This document shows positions 1 to 8,652 of a DNA stretch of 32,000 nt, piece by piece (positions within the stretch are counted from its first letter, which is position 1; every line of letters starts with the position of its first letter). The notes below the pieces were generated by a model. That model searched no databases and was not told the DNA's origin. It was given only the letters and a program-made list of their open reading frames with translations. The translations under genes and the position numbers were made by a program. Location: the NCBI RefSeq assembly GCF_016806735.1, contig NZ_CP060530.1, forward strand, positions 330,001 to 362,000. The letters are read 5' to 3'. Origin of the DNA: Candidatus Micrarchaeum sp. (GTDB taxonomy: Archaea; Micrarchaeota; Micrarchaeia; Micrarchaeales; Micrarchaeaceae).

Positions 1-523
1 CGCTTACAACCCCTTGCGCTATCACCGAGTTGTTAGTTATGCTCTTTGGCCTTACCATCTGTATGAAAGGTGTTTCAAGGCTCAGGTTTGAGCCGTAAAA
101 CTCCATAGATACGTTAAGCGTTGAATTGGTGAACGGGTCCCTGTACGGAACTATTACAGACCAAGTGTTTGTCGATGGTTGATATGATACTTTTGATCTG
201 TTCAGGTAGGAATAATACGTAAGTATCGAAAGGCTTGAATTTATGTATTGGTAGTTGGCCAGTACCTTGCCTGCTGCATCGAGTACCTGGGACTGGTTAT
301 ATTTGGGCGTTATGCAGGTGCTGTTGCTTGAAACCCCGTATTGGCACACTATGACGGATTTGAAATTGGCCAGAGAAAATGACAACGCTATCAGCACTAT
401 TACCAGTGCTATTAGCCCTATGTGCAGGTAGTCCAAGCCCCCGTGCTTTGAGGCGCTTTTGACTAGGAATACTGGCTCCTTTGCGCCCTTTTGCTTTGCC
501 TTCTTTCCATCCATTCTTGCCAT
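1..523 (-). CDS. Partial CDS (3' end beyond the left edge): N-terminally membrane-anchored, sequon-rich extracytoplasmic protein of unknown function
   Basis: Absent from the ORF track because it runs off the window. Hand translation of the minus strand from ATG at 523-521 gives an open frame to position 1: MARMDGKKAKQKGAKEPVFLVKSASKHGGLDYLHIGLIALVIVLIALSFSLANFKSVIVCQYGVSSNSTCITPKYNQSQ... It has a basic N-terminus, one TM helix, then about eight N-x-S/T sequons in roughly 110 aa. The reverse complement was checked block by block. Confidence 0.55.
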   Translation of the reverse strand, partial: MARMDGKKAKQKGAKEPVFLVKSASKHGGLDYLHIGLIALVIVLIALSFSLANFKSVIVCQYGVSSNSTCITPKYNQSQVLDAAGKVLANYQYINSSLSILTYYSYLNRSKVSYQPSTNTWSVIVPYRDPFTNSTLNVSMEFYGSNLSLETPFIQMVRPKSITNNSVIAQGVVS

Positions 524-539
524 AAAACCACTTTACAGG

Positions 540-635
540 CGGGCCCGGCGGGATTTTCACCGGATCAAACCGAATTTGAACCCGCGACCTTCACCTTAGG
601 AGGGTGCCGCTCTATCCAAGCTGAGCTACGGGCCC
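540..635 (-). tRNA. tRNA-Arg (anticodon CCT) with a 21-nt intron in the T-loop (about 554..574)
   Basis: Minus-strand cloverleaf: acceptor GGGCCCG/CGGGCCC, D-stem GCTC/GAGC, anticodon stem GCACC/GGTGA with loop CTCCTAA, T-stem GCGGG/CCCGC, discriminator G. The T-loop TTCAAAT is interrupted by a 21-nt insert. Removing it leaves a 75-nt tRNA. Confidence 0.8.
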
Positions 636-707
636 GCATATATCACATATATCTTAGCAGGAAAAATTTATAATGAACTGATTTATACCTTTGTCTTTTT
701 TCCACCT

Positions 708-2600
708 TTACATGCGCTTTACCGGTGTCATGCCCAAAGAAAGCAGGAGTTCCGCCATCAGCTTCTCGAAAGCCTGCGTTATCGCCAGCCTTGCGCTTTT
801 GTCGCCTTCTTCCTGCGCCTTCAATATCGGCGTTGTCTCGTAGAATTTGCTGAATTCGCTTGCCAGAAGCGTCATGTACTCTATGACTATGTTTGGCTTG
901 CACTCCCTGACTGCCTTTTCAAGCACTGTCCGTGCGTAGGATATCCTTTTTATAAGGTCGAATTCCTGCTGGGAAACTGCATAATTCTCTCCCATCTCCT
1001 TATTGGTCTCTGCTCCGGGGCTTTCGAGTATTCTTTCCGCCCTTGCATGCGTATACTCGCAATACGGCCCGGAATTGCCCTCGAAGTTAAGCGCCCTGCT
1101 CCAAGAGAAAACCAGATTCTTCTCATTGGAAAGCTTGAGGAATTCGTATTTTATGGCCGACATGGCTATCTGGCTCGCGACTTCTGCCTTTTCTGCATCG
1201 CTGAGCTCGAACCTGTCGGTTATTAGCCTCGAAGCCTTCTCTTCTGCTTCCCTTATAAGGTCATCGCACGTATATCCGACCCATGTGCCCTTCCTTCCGG
1301 AAAGCGATATTCCCTCGAGCTCAACCACTCCATACGCTATATGCTTGATCTTTTCAGAATAGTCGCTACCTCCAAGCAGTGCTATCGCGAGCCTTACAAC
1401 CGCCTGCTCGTAGCTCTGCCTGGTGTCTATTGTATTTATTGCAACGTCGGCTGCTCCAAAATCCATCTGTGAGCCCTCAGCTCCTGTAGAGTAAAGCGGC
1501 TTCTTCTGGGATCCCTGCTCCATGAACATGTGATACGAGAAGCTGTTCGGCAGCAACCCAAGCTTCCACATATGGAAGGCGATGTCCTTGGCTACGTAAT
1601 TCGGAGCACCATTGCTCCTTACAAGAACCTTTACACCCTCCTTCAGTCCGCCGAAATCACTGGCAAGGTCTCCAAGCTTCGAATGCTCTATTACTATGCA
1701 GTTTGCATATTCTCCCTCTGATGGTTTTGTTATGATTCCCTTGCCTTGCATTTTATCCAGCGCCTCGTCAAGGAGCTTCTTCCTTACTATGTCGCTTTCC
1801 CATACAAGTACGTCGTGATATATGCCCATCTTTGCCAGTGTTTCGTATTCTGCCTTGACGAAGTTTTCAGCCATTTCCCTGGCTGTCTTTGATTCGTATG
1901 TCCCGTCCTGCTCCATGTTTACAAGTATCTGCGAAATCTCGTCCTTTATATTTTTGTCTTCGAGCAGCTTGTTCACAGCGACGTAGACCTCCCCTATCAT
2001 GCTGTCGAATTTCTTATTGCTGTCGAACGTTATGCCTATTTTCTCCATGTGCGACAGGCCCCAAATGACCTCAGCGACCTGCAGCCCCAAATCGTCTATA
2101 TAATCTTCACGCTCTACTTTGTATCCTGCCCTTTCGTGTAGATTTGCAATTCCATCGCCCAAAAGGACGTTCCTAACCTGGCCCATGTGCATCGGGTGTG
2201 CGGGGTTTATGCTAGGGTATTCTATTATGGCCTTCTTCCCGCTCCATGCCTTCGAGGAGAATATTTTTTCTTCGCTTACGGCGAAATCAACGACGTCCCT
2301 TGAATACGTATTGCGCTCTATGGTAAAATTTACAAAGCCGTTCTTCTGTGATACCTCCGCCACATATTTCGGCTTCGAGATGAGTTCTACTATATTCTTT
2401 GCCAGCTCTCCCGCATTCAGAGACTTTGCCTTCGCTATCCTCAAAACAACGCTAGAGGAGATGTCGCCGAACATCTTTGATGTGTCTATGCTCTTTGCTA
2501 TCTCCTCGTCGAATTCGCCATATCCCGCCCTGTCAAGGGCATCTTTCATTGAAGACCTTATCCCTTCAATCAATTCTCCATACGGTCCGTATTCATGCAT
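708..2600 (-). CDS. argS: Arginyl-tRNA synthetase
   Basis: Class I HIGH-like motif (NPAHPMHMGQVRN), ArgRS-type MSTRxG-like motif (LSGRKG) and a DALR-type C-terminal anticodon-binding region ending ...GMTPVKRM. The first ATG is at 2600 (MHEYGPYG...). The ORF track begins at a TTG at 2642, which would overlap the upstream gene by 20 nt. Confidence 0.9.
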   Translation of the reverse strand: MHEYGPYGELIEGIRSSMKDALDRAGYGEFDEEIAKSIDTSKMFGDISSSVVLRIAKAKSLNAGELAKNIVELISKPKYVAEVSQKNGFVNFTIERNTYSRDVVDFAVSEEKIFSSKAWSGKKAIIEYPSINPAHPMHMGQVRNVLLGDGIANLHERAGYKVEREDYIDDLGLQVAEVIWGLSHMEKIGITFDSNKKFDSMIGEVYVAVNKLLEDKNIKDEISQILVNMEQDGTYESKTAREMAENFVKAEYETLAKMGIYHDVLVWESDIVRKKLLDEALDKMQGKGIITKPSEGEYANCIVIEHSKLGDLASDFGGLKEGVKVLVRSNGAPNYVAKDIAFHMWKLGLLPNSFSYHMFMEQGSQKKPLYSTGAEGSQMDFGAADVAINTIDTRQSYEQAVVRLAIALLGGSDYSEKIKHIAYGVVELEGISLSGRKGTWVGYTCDDLIREAEEKASRLITDRFELSDAEKAEVASQIAMSAIKYEFLKLSNEKNLVFSWSRALNFEGNSGPYCEYTHARAERILESPGAETNKEMGENYAVSQQEFDLIKRISYARTVLEKAVRECKPNIVIEYMTLLASEFSKFYETTPILKAQEEGDKSARLAITQAFEKLMAELLLSLGMTPVKRM

Positions 2601-2622
2601 ATTATCATTCCGCAAAATCAAA

Positions 2623-4191
2623 TCAATAGCTAATCCTGTCAAACTCCTTTATAATTCTAGGTATGGAGACGGCCACGTCATATGCAGTTGCGTGAAGCCC
2701 CATCTCTTCATTCAGCATTTCTCCTATCTGGGTGTGAACATAAACGCCTGCGGCAGCAGACTCGAAAAGCGATCCTTTGTTTATCGATATGTAGCTGGCT
2801 ATTATGCCGGCAAGCACGTCTCCTGTTCCCATTGTAGAAAGCGTCGGGCTCTCGGCCTTGTTTATCTTTAGCCTGGTGCCGTCAGTTATTATGGTGTCGT
2901 TGCCTTTGAGCACAAGCGTGCATCCGTACGTTTTCGCGAAATCTATTGCGGTATATATCTTGGAATTGAGGTCGCGCTTTGAAAGGTCGATCCCGCACAA
3001 ATGCTTGAATTCTCCGGTGTGGGGAGTCAGCACCATGTTGCTTCCTATCAGGTTCTTGTACCTGGAAAGCATTTTGAGAGCAGCGGCATCTGCAACTATC
3101 CATTTGGATGCACTTTTCTCGTAAGCGAGAAGCTCGGAGAATCCTTTGTAGTCGAAGTAGTCTTCTTTTATTCCGGGCCCTATGACCATTGCTTCGTGTC
3201 TCACTGATTTTATTTCTGCTATGTCCTCTGCAGAAAATCTTTTTTTGGATATGGTCTTGAGTATGAGCTCAGGCATCGGCCTCTGCTCGTTTACCAAAGA
3301 ATCCTCTGGCGATATTACCGTTACATAACCAGAACCGGTTTTAAGCGCGGCCAGCGCATGCTCTGCCGCCATGCCTGACAACATTGGAGCTCCCCTGTAA
3401 TCCGAGCTGCCTCCAAGAACTGCAACAGTCCCGTGCTCGTACTTGTTCGCATTTATAAACCTCGGTTTTGTCGCGAGCATTACGTCCCCTGGTCCTGTCA
3501 TAAGCTCTACAGAGGTAGGTATGCCAGTGTTCAATATGTTTACTGAATAATCGGACTTGCCTTTTTCGAGAAAGCTCTTCATTTTGTGTATTGCAAAAAG
3601 CATGTCTGGGGCCACGGCGTTTATGTTTTTCGAGCCGGTGTCGCCGTTTACACCTGAAGGCACATCTATTGATATCACATATTTATTGGAGTCGTTTATC
3701 GCCCTGATTGCGCGTGACATCGTTTCGCCGAGTCGCCCATGCATGCCTATGCCTATTATGGCATCTACAACGTCGTCGGATTTTTTCAGCATGGACCTGA
3801 GCTTTCCGATGCCTTCGGAGTCTATAACCTCTATGTCGACTATGCTTTCCGCTATCCTGTAATTGAATTTCAGGCTGTCGCTGTGTATGTCATCCGGGTT
3901 TCCCAAGAAGGCAAGCTGCACGTCCGCGATGTCCATCAGGTGCCTTGCAGCGGCCATGCCTATGGCGCCCTTGCCGCCGGGCCCGCACACGAACGTTATC
4001 CTGTCATTCCTGTGCTTCCTGCTAAGGTTTTCAGCTATCGCTGCACCGGCAGTTTCGACCATGGACCTTTCGTTTATGCCCATCGCTTTGGCGTTTGCCA
4101 TTACCGCGTAAGCGTCGTCTATACTGAGGTACTTTTTTGTGTAAAGGACAAACTCTTTTAGCTTTTGCATCTTATTAATTCCGTAATTCAT
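2623..4191 (-). CDS. nnr: Bifunctional NAD(P)H-hydrate repair enzyme (YjeF_N epimerase fused to ADP-dependent dehydratase)
   Basis: N-terminal half has a glycine-rich loop in the YjeF_N position (FVCGPGGKGAIGMAAARHL). C-terminal half has carbohydrate-kinase-like motifs KYEHGTVAVLGGSSDYRGAPMLSGMAA and GTGDVLAGIIAS. 522 aa is typical for the fusion. Confidence 0.85.
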   Translation of the reverse strand: MNYGINKMQKLKEFVLYTKKYLSIDDAYAVMANAKAMGINERSMVETAGAAIAENLSRKHRNDRITFVCGPGGKGAIGMAAARHLMDIADVQLAFLGNPDDIHSDSLKFNYRIAESIVDIEVIDSEGIGKLRSMLKKSDDVVDAIIGIGMHGRLGETMSRAIRAINDSNKYVISIDVPSGVNGDTGSKNINAVAPDMLFAIHKMKSFLEKGKSDYSVNILNTGIPTSVELMTGPGDVMLATKPRFINANKYEHGTVAVLGGSSDYRGAPMLSGMAAEHALAALKTGSGYVTVISPEDSLVNEQRPMPELILKTISKKRFSAEDIAEIKSVRHEAMVIGPGIKEDYFDYKGFSELLAYEKSASKWIVADAAALKMLSRYKNLIGSNMVLTPHTGEFKHLCGIDLSKRDLNSKIYTAIDFAKTYGCTLVLKGNDTIITDGTRLKINKAESPTLSTMGTGDVLAGIIASYISINKGSLFESAAAGVYVHTQIGEMLNEEMGLHATAYDVAVSIPRIIKEFDRISY

Positions 4192-4230
4192 AAATAAAAA
4201 TGTGGTGTTTCAATAGCGAAGGTCTATAGG

Positions 4231-5088
4231 GTGAAGGACGGTCTCGCGATAAGCATGCCGAGGGAAGTAGTGAAGACGCTTGGCATAAGGGAAGGGGATG
4301 ACATAGACTTCATACAATACAAGGACTCATACTACATAATAGCAAAGAGGAGCGACATAGCCAAGCTCATAACCGGCTCGGCCGCACAGGCGGCAGTTTC
4401 ACAGCAGCAGGAAAATCCTGCAGCCAACGTTCCCAAGCTGTCCGAAGCGGAGATAAGCGTCCTCAAGAAGCTTGATACCCTAAGGTACAGCATGCGCACC
4501 ACTCCAGAAGTAGCAAAGATACTAGGGAAAGAAGAGAGAATAACATTCAAGCAGCTCGAGAAGAAGCACGTGATAGTCCCGTTCAAGGACGAGCAGCAGA
4601 AGACCCACTACAGCATACAGAAGATGTTCTACGACAGCTACCTCATGCGGAAGAGGCCAGCCGAGCAGCCAAAGCAGGAATACAAGCTGAGCCTAAGCAA
4701 GGGCAAGGTGGCAGAAGCGGCAAAGTCTAGTACGGCACCCATAAGCGCCATAGAGAAGTACATGGACGCACTTCAGAATGCCGGATACATAGTCGTGCCA
4801 ACAGAAGCGGAAGCATCGGCCATATCTGCTGCATTGGAAGACAGCATCAGGCGAGGGCTGGTGGTTGGCACCAGGGCCTTCAACAAGAAATTTTACATCG
4901 TAATGCGCTCGTTCATAAATGCTAACACTCCTGCAATAACCGCACAGATTTCCGATAAGAGCTCGTCAGTTCCAGTTATAGCGAAGGCATGCAAACTGGA
5001 CGAAGAAGCGATAAGGGCAGTGCTTTACATACTGGCAGAGAGCGGAGAGGTAACTGAAGTCCGAAAAGACATATTCAGGCTTGCGTAA
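4231..5088 (+). CDS. Hypothetical DNA-binding protein: N-terminal SpoVT/AbrB-like swapped-hairpin domain plus C-terminal winged-helix-like segment
   Basis: GTG start. The N-terminus GLAISMPREVVKTLGIREGDDIDFIQYKDSYYIIA fits the AbrB/SpoVT pattern (xIPkexxxxLGixxGD). The C-terminus VPVIAKACKLDEEAIRAVLYILAESGEVTEVRKDIFRLA looks like a wHTH. Uninterrupted 285-aa frame. Confidence 0.6.
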   Translation: MKDGLAISMPREVVKTLGIREGDDIDFIQYKDSYYIIAKRSDIAKLITGSAAQAAVSQQQENPAANVPKLSEAEISVLKKLDTLRYSMRTTPEVAKILGKEERITFKQLEKKHVIVPFKDEQQKTHYSIQKMFYDSYLMRKRPAEQPKQEYKLSLSKGKVAEAAKSSTAPISAIEKYMDALQNAGYIVVPTEAEASAISAALEDSIRRGLVVGTRAFNKKFYIVMRSFINANTPAITAQISDKSSSVPVIAKACKLDEEAIRAVLYILAESGEVTEVRKDIFRLA

Positions 5089-5129
5089 CGCTTAGGCTCT
5101 GTTTATAACAAGCGCAAAAGCCGCAGACT

Positions 5130-5285
5130 TCATACGTATATGAAGTGGTCCAGCAGTATTACTGCAAGAGCGAATACAATAACCACAATAAGCACTATCT
5201 TCGGGTTAAGCTTTGGCCCTTTTGCGGGTGCATCGTAGAAGCTAAGCACGCCTGCCTGCGATTGCGGTGAATATAATGATGCCAT
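5130..5285 (-). CDS. secG: Preprotein translocase subunit Sec61-beta (archaeal SecG), 51 aa
   Basis: Below the ORF-track size cut-off. Hand translation gives MASLYSPQSQAGVLSFYDAPAKGPKLNPKIVLIVVIVFALAVILLDHFIYV*. This has the Sec61-beta pattern (G-x-x-x-FYD...GPK-x-x-PK followed by a C-terminal tail-anchor TM). ATG at 5285-5283, TGA at 5132-5130. Confidence 0.75.
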   Translation of the reverse strand: MASLYSPQSQAGVLSFYDAPAKGPKLNPKIVLIVVIVFALAVILLDHFIYV

Positions 5286-5385
5286 CTATAAGCACTTTGT
5301 TACGCGGTTTATATGCTTCTGAATATTAATAAAGCTTTTGCACGTCCAAAAGCAAACGCTTTATATCTCTTGCCAGATAGTATAT

Positions 5386-5943
5386 ATGTATGGTGATCTC
5401 CTGGCAGCGCAAAAAGATTCGAAAACCAGCATAAACGGAGAGGAGCCCTGGATAAAAAATCCAATCCCTGTACAAAGCCAAAACAATCGGGAGAGCAATG
5501 ACAATGCCAAGACAAGCCTTTTTGGGCCCCTGTTCCTTTGGGCTTTGGTCATAATAATCGGAATAGTCCTCGAGGTCGTGATTCCTGCATTGCTTGGCAA
5601 GAGCTATGCATCAAGTGCAGCATCGTACAAAGCCATTGGCAATTACATACTGGCGTTGCCAGGGGTTATAATATTGCCGCTCATAATATCCGTGTGGATA
5701 GGCCACAGGGTCGGAGAAAAGTCATCAAGCGTGGCCAACGCGCTCAAGAGCGGCCTGCTGAACGGGGTCTACGCCTCAATAGTTTACGGCGTCATAATAT
5801 TTGTCGCCCAGCTGATGCTTAAATATACAACTTCGTACGCCCTGACAACCTCATTTCTGCTAAGATATGTGGTTGCAATACCAATGGCCATAGTTATAGT
5901 TTTCACGATAATAATAGCAGTGCTGAACGAGATGCGCCACTGA
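5386..5943 (+). CDS. Hypothetical integral membrane protein (about 4 TM helices)
   Basis: Long frame with four hydrophobic spans (LFGPLFLWALVIIIGIVLEVVIPALLG, ILALPGVIILPLIISVWIG, VYASIVYGVIIFVAQLML, VVAIPMAIVIVFTIIIAVL). The first ATG is at 5386, about 25 nt after a TATA-like ctttatat box. The track start at 5338 is a TTG. Confidence 0.5.
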   Translation: MYGDLLAAQKDSKTSINGEEPWIKNPIPVQSQNNRESNDNAKTSLFGPLFLWALVIIIGIVLEVVIPALLGKSYASSAASYKAIGNYILALPGVIILPLIISVWIGHRVGEKSSSVANALKSGLLNGVYASIVYGVIIFVAQLMLKYTTSYALTTSFLLRYVVAIPMAIVIVFTIIIAVLNEMRH

Positions 5944-5944
5944 A

Positions 5945-7117
5945 CTATTTTGCAGTGCTGACTATTTTTATTATGTCTCCGTCCTTTAGCACGTAATTCT
6001 TGGCCAGCCTCATCTTGCTAATTGCGTCGATCGCATACAGCATTCCCTTGCCTATGTCCGTATGTATTTTCATCGCCAGGTCGTATGCTGTCGACCCTCT
6101 TTCCATAAGGATCGCATCCGGCAGCACGTTGCCGGAATGGTCGGAAAACTTGTTTTCATCCTCGACCGGGTAAACGACTATATTGCCCATCGCTTTGAAT
6201 ACAAGCTCGTTGAGCACCTTCTGGACCCCTGTCCCTCTGGATTCGACAAAGCCTTTCATGTAATCAAGGGCCTTTTTCTGCTCTGCATTCGGATTTCCCA
6301 ATATCTCTATTTTGCCCTTGAGCGGGTCATAGCTTATCATTCCGGAATCCTTCGCTTTCTTCAGCGCCAGCTCAAGAGCTGCAGAGCACATTACGGTTTC
6401 CATTCCGCGTTCGGAAGCCTTTTCACGTATCGCGTTTTCATTGGCTTTCGCGCCTTCTGCGTCGGCCTTGTTCGCCGCAACTATAAAGTGCTTCGAGCCC
6501 AGTATTGCAGCCGATGAGAATTTCCTTATCTCTTCGTCGCTCCACGCTATGCGCTTAGACTGCAGCCCAAGCCTTTCAACGGCAGTTTCTATGCTTGCCC
6601 TTGTAACATTGAATACTGTAAGCACGTCAGCAAGAGCATCCACCCCAGATTCTTTCTTGGACATCTGCGGCATGTGCTTTTTTATTATGGCAGAAATCCA
6701 TTCGACAAGCTCTGACATTATCATCTCGAGGTCGTCAGCCGGATTGCCTGCTCCCTCATTCCCATATGCATCGGTTCTGCCGCTTGCGTCAACCACTATT
6801 ATGAAGCCATCAGCTCCTGCGAGGTCATTTAGAAACTGGTTTCCCATTCCCTTTCCCTCGTGCGCTCCAGGGACCAATCCTGCCACGTCTATTATGTTTA
6901 CCGGAACCAATCGCATTCCGTTTTCGCAAAGGGAGTTTCTGGGCTCGCATTTTTTCCCTATCTTCTTCTCTGCGCATTCTTCTGACACGTAGGCAACGCC
7001 CTTGTTCGGGTCTATGGTGGTGAACGGGTAATTGGCAATTTTAGCCTCGCCAGATGTCAGCGCCGAAAATAATGTGCTCTTGCCCTTGTTCGGTGCGCCT
7101 ATTATTCCTACTATCAT
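5945..7117 (-). CDS. Obg-like GTPase/ATPase of the YchF/Ygr210 type with C-terminal TGS-like domain
   Basis: G1 P-loop GAPNKGKSTLFSALT and G2 region NYPFTTIDPNKG, typical of the YchF/OLA1 family. G3 DVAGLV. G4-like NKAD. C-terminal LKDGDIIKIV is TGS-like. Confidence 0.85.
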   Translation of the reverse strand: MIVGIIGAPNKGKSTLFSALTSGEAKIANYPFTTIDPNKGVAYVSEECAEKKIGKKCEPRNSLCENGMRLVPVNIIDVAGLVPGAHEGKGMGNQFLNDLAGADGFIIVVDASGRTDAYGNEGAGNPADDLEMIMSELVEWISAIIKKHMPQMSKKESGVDALADVLTVFNVTRASIETAVERLGLQSKRIAWSDEEIRKFSSAAILGSKHFIVAANKADAEGAKANENAIREKASERGMETVMCSAALELALKKAKDSGMISYDPLKGKIEILGNPNAEQKKALDYMKGFVESRGTGVQKVLNELVFKAMGNIVVYPVEDENKFSDHSGNVLPDAILMERGSTAYDLAMKIHTDIGKGMLYAIDAISKMRLAKNYVLKDGDIIKIVSTAK

Positions 7118-7121
7118 GGTA

Positions 7122-8438
7122 TCATTTGAAAAGTTTTTCCTTTACGGGGCGTTTTTCGTCAATTTCGATTATCGCGTAATAAATGACAATCAGCGATATT
7201 ATAATCATGACGCCTATCACGAGCGCCTCTTTAGGCATCCCTATCATGAACGCCATTACTGCTACTATGGATATTATTGGCACATACGGGTAAAACGGGG
7301 TTTTGAAGCTTCCGGATCTTTTTATGCGCCTGAAATGTATCACGGCAAAGCTTGAAAGCATATAAGAGAAAAGCAGACCGAAATTGCTTATTGCTGCTAT
7401 GACATATATGTTTCCGGCGAAGAGCATTACTACGCCTATTGCAGAAGATATTATTACCCCGTTTAGCGCAACGTCTCTTTTCCTGTTAAATCTCGTAACT
7501 ATTTTTGGCAAAAGCTTGTCTTCTCCTATCTGGTAAAGTATCCTGGAAGACGTAAGTATCATAGCGAGCGTTGCTGATGTCGTCGCAATCATCGCGCCTA
7601 TATCCACTATAATGGAGATATAGCCTGGAGCATGTACGTAGCTGAGCGCAAAAGCCAAAGGATCTGCAGAAACTGTATACTTTGCAACAGGGACAAGCAG
7701 CATAAGGGCTAGAACTACGAGAACATAAACTACGATGCTTATGATTACGGAATAAATTATTGCCCTGGCGGCCTTGTTGGCTCCGCCTTCAACTTCGGAA
7801 GTAAACGTACTTATTGCCTGGAATCCGGAATATGCAAAGAATATGGCCACGCTTGCGGCAAAGATAGCAGCCAATCCTGCTTTGCTTGCCGGTGTTGTAA
7901 GGTACGAAAAGCTGAAATGTCCTCCTCCTGAAAAGGCGAATACTGCCGCGAAAGCCACGAATATTGCCAGTATGCTTATCTTCACTACGACAAGCCCGAA
8001 ATCCATCTTTGCCGCTTTCTTTATGCCGTAAATGTTGACCAAAGAGAGCACGAATATGAGCACCATGGCTATGTATATGGAATATCCGCTCCCAAGCCCT
8101 AGAAAGCTGGCCGCGTATGAACCGAATCCGAGCGCTACAGCCGCTATGGCAGTAGCGAAGCTGAAATAAAGCAGTATTCCGGTTATGAAACCGAGCTGGC
8201 TGCCAAAAGCCTCGTATACAAACGAATATGCTGCACCCTTTGCCTTCGGCATTATCGAGCCCAATTCTCCGAGCTGGAAGGCGATAAGCGCAGCAACTAT
8301 CCCGACAAATACAAACGCTATAAGCGCGTATGCTCCTGCGAGAGCTATTGCAGTCCCGCTAAGCACAAATATGCCTGCGCCTATTATCGCGCCTAGAGCT
8401 ACTGCCGTTGCAACAGGTACGCTTATCTTTTTTGACAC
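7122..8438 (-). CDS. Amino acid/polyamine/organocation (APC) superfamily permease
   Basis: 438 aa, about 12 hydrophobic spans. The N-terminal signature ALGAIIGAGIFVLSG is characteristic of APC-family amino-acid transporters. Confidence 0.85.
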   Translation of the reverse strand: MSKKISVPVATAVALGAIIGAGIFVLSGTAIALAGAYALIAFVFVGIVAALIAFQLGELGSIMPKAKGAAYSFVYEAFGSQLGFITGILLYFSFATAIAAVALGFGSYAASFLGLGSGYSIYIAMVLIFVLSLVNIYGIKKAAKMDFGLVVVKISILAIFVAFAAVFAFSGGGHFSFSYLTTPASKAGLAAIFAASVAIFFAYSGFQAISTFTSEVEGGANKAARAIIYSVIISIVVYVLVVLALMLLVPVAKYTVSADPLAFALSYVHAPGYISIIVDIGAMIATTSATLAMILTSSRILYQIGEDKLLPKIVTRFNRKRDVALNGVIISSAIGVVMLFAGNIYVIAAISNFGLLFSYMLSSFAVIHFRRIKRSGSFKTPFYPYVPIISIVAVMAFMIGMPKEALVIGVMIIISLIVIYYAIIEIDEKRPVKEKLFK

Positions 8439-8525
8439 TAAAAAACCTGATCCGAGCGATGTAAGATTGAACGATGCTATATTTATTAAAAGGTAAATAA
8501 AATAAAGCTATACACATAGAGCAGT

Positions 8526-8611
8526 GCAGGGATGGCAGAGCCTGGCCAAATGCGACGGGTTTAGGGCCCGTTCCCGTAGAGGGTTCGAGAGTTCAAATCT
8601 CTCTCCCTGCA
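8526..8611 (+). tRNA. tRNA-Leu (anticodon TAG), class II with long variable arm, no intron
   Basis: Acceptor GCAGGGA/TCCCTGC, anticodon stem ACGGG/CCCGT with loop TTTAGGG, variable arm CCC-GTAGA-GGG, T-arm GAGAG-TTCAAAT-CTCTC, discriminator A. Confidence 0.9.
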
Positions 8612-8652
8612 ATAATAAATTTATTAATATCTAAATAAATCTACCTGGTTGA

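Noticed and set aside
297-560. 87-aa minus-strand ORF from the track (MKIPPGPPVKWFYG...)
   Set aside because: Its 5' end overlaps the tRNA-Arg gene (540..635). The sequence is basic and low-complexity. A different minus-strand frame (1..523) gives a far more protein-like product with a signal-anchor helix.
2119-2871. 250-aa plus-strand ORF. Similar long antisense ORFs lie at 17056..17808, 6441..6992, 23788..24273 and 31099..31545.
   Set aside because: All lie antisense to genes with strong family signatures. All have Ser/Leu/Phe-rich low-complexity translations typical of shadow ORFs, with no motifs.
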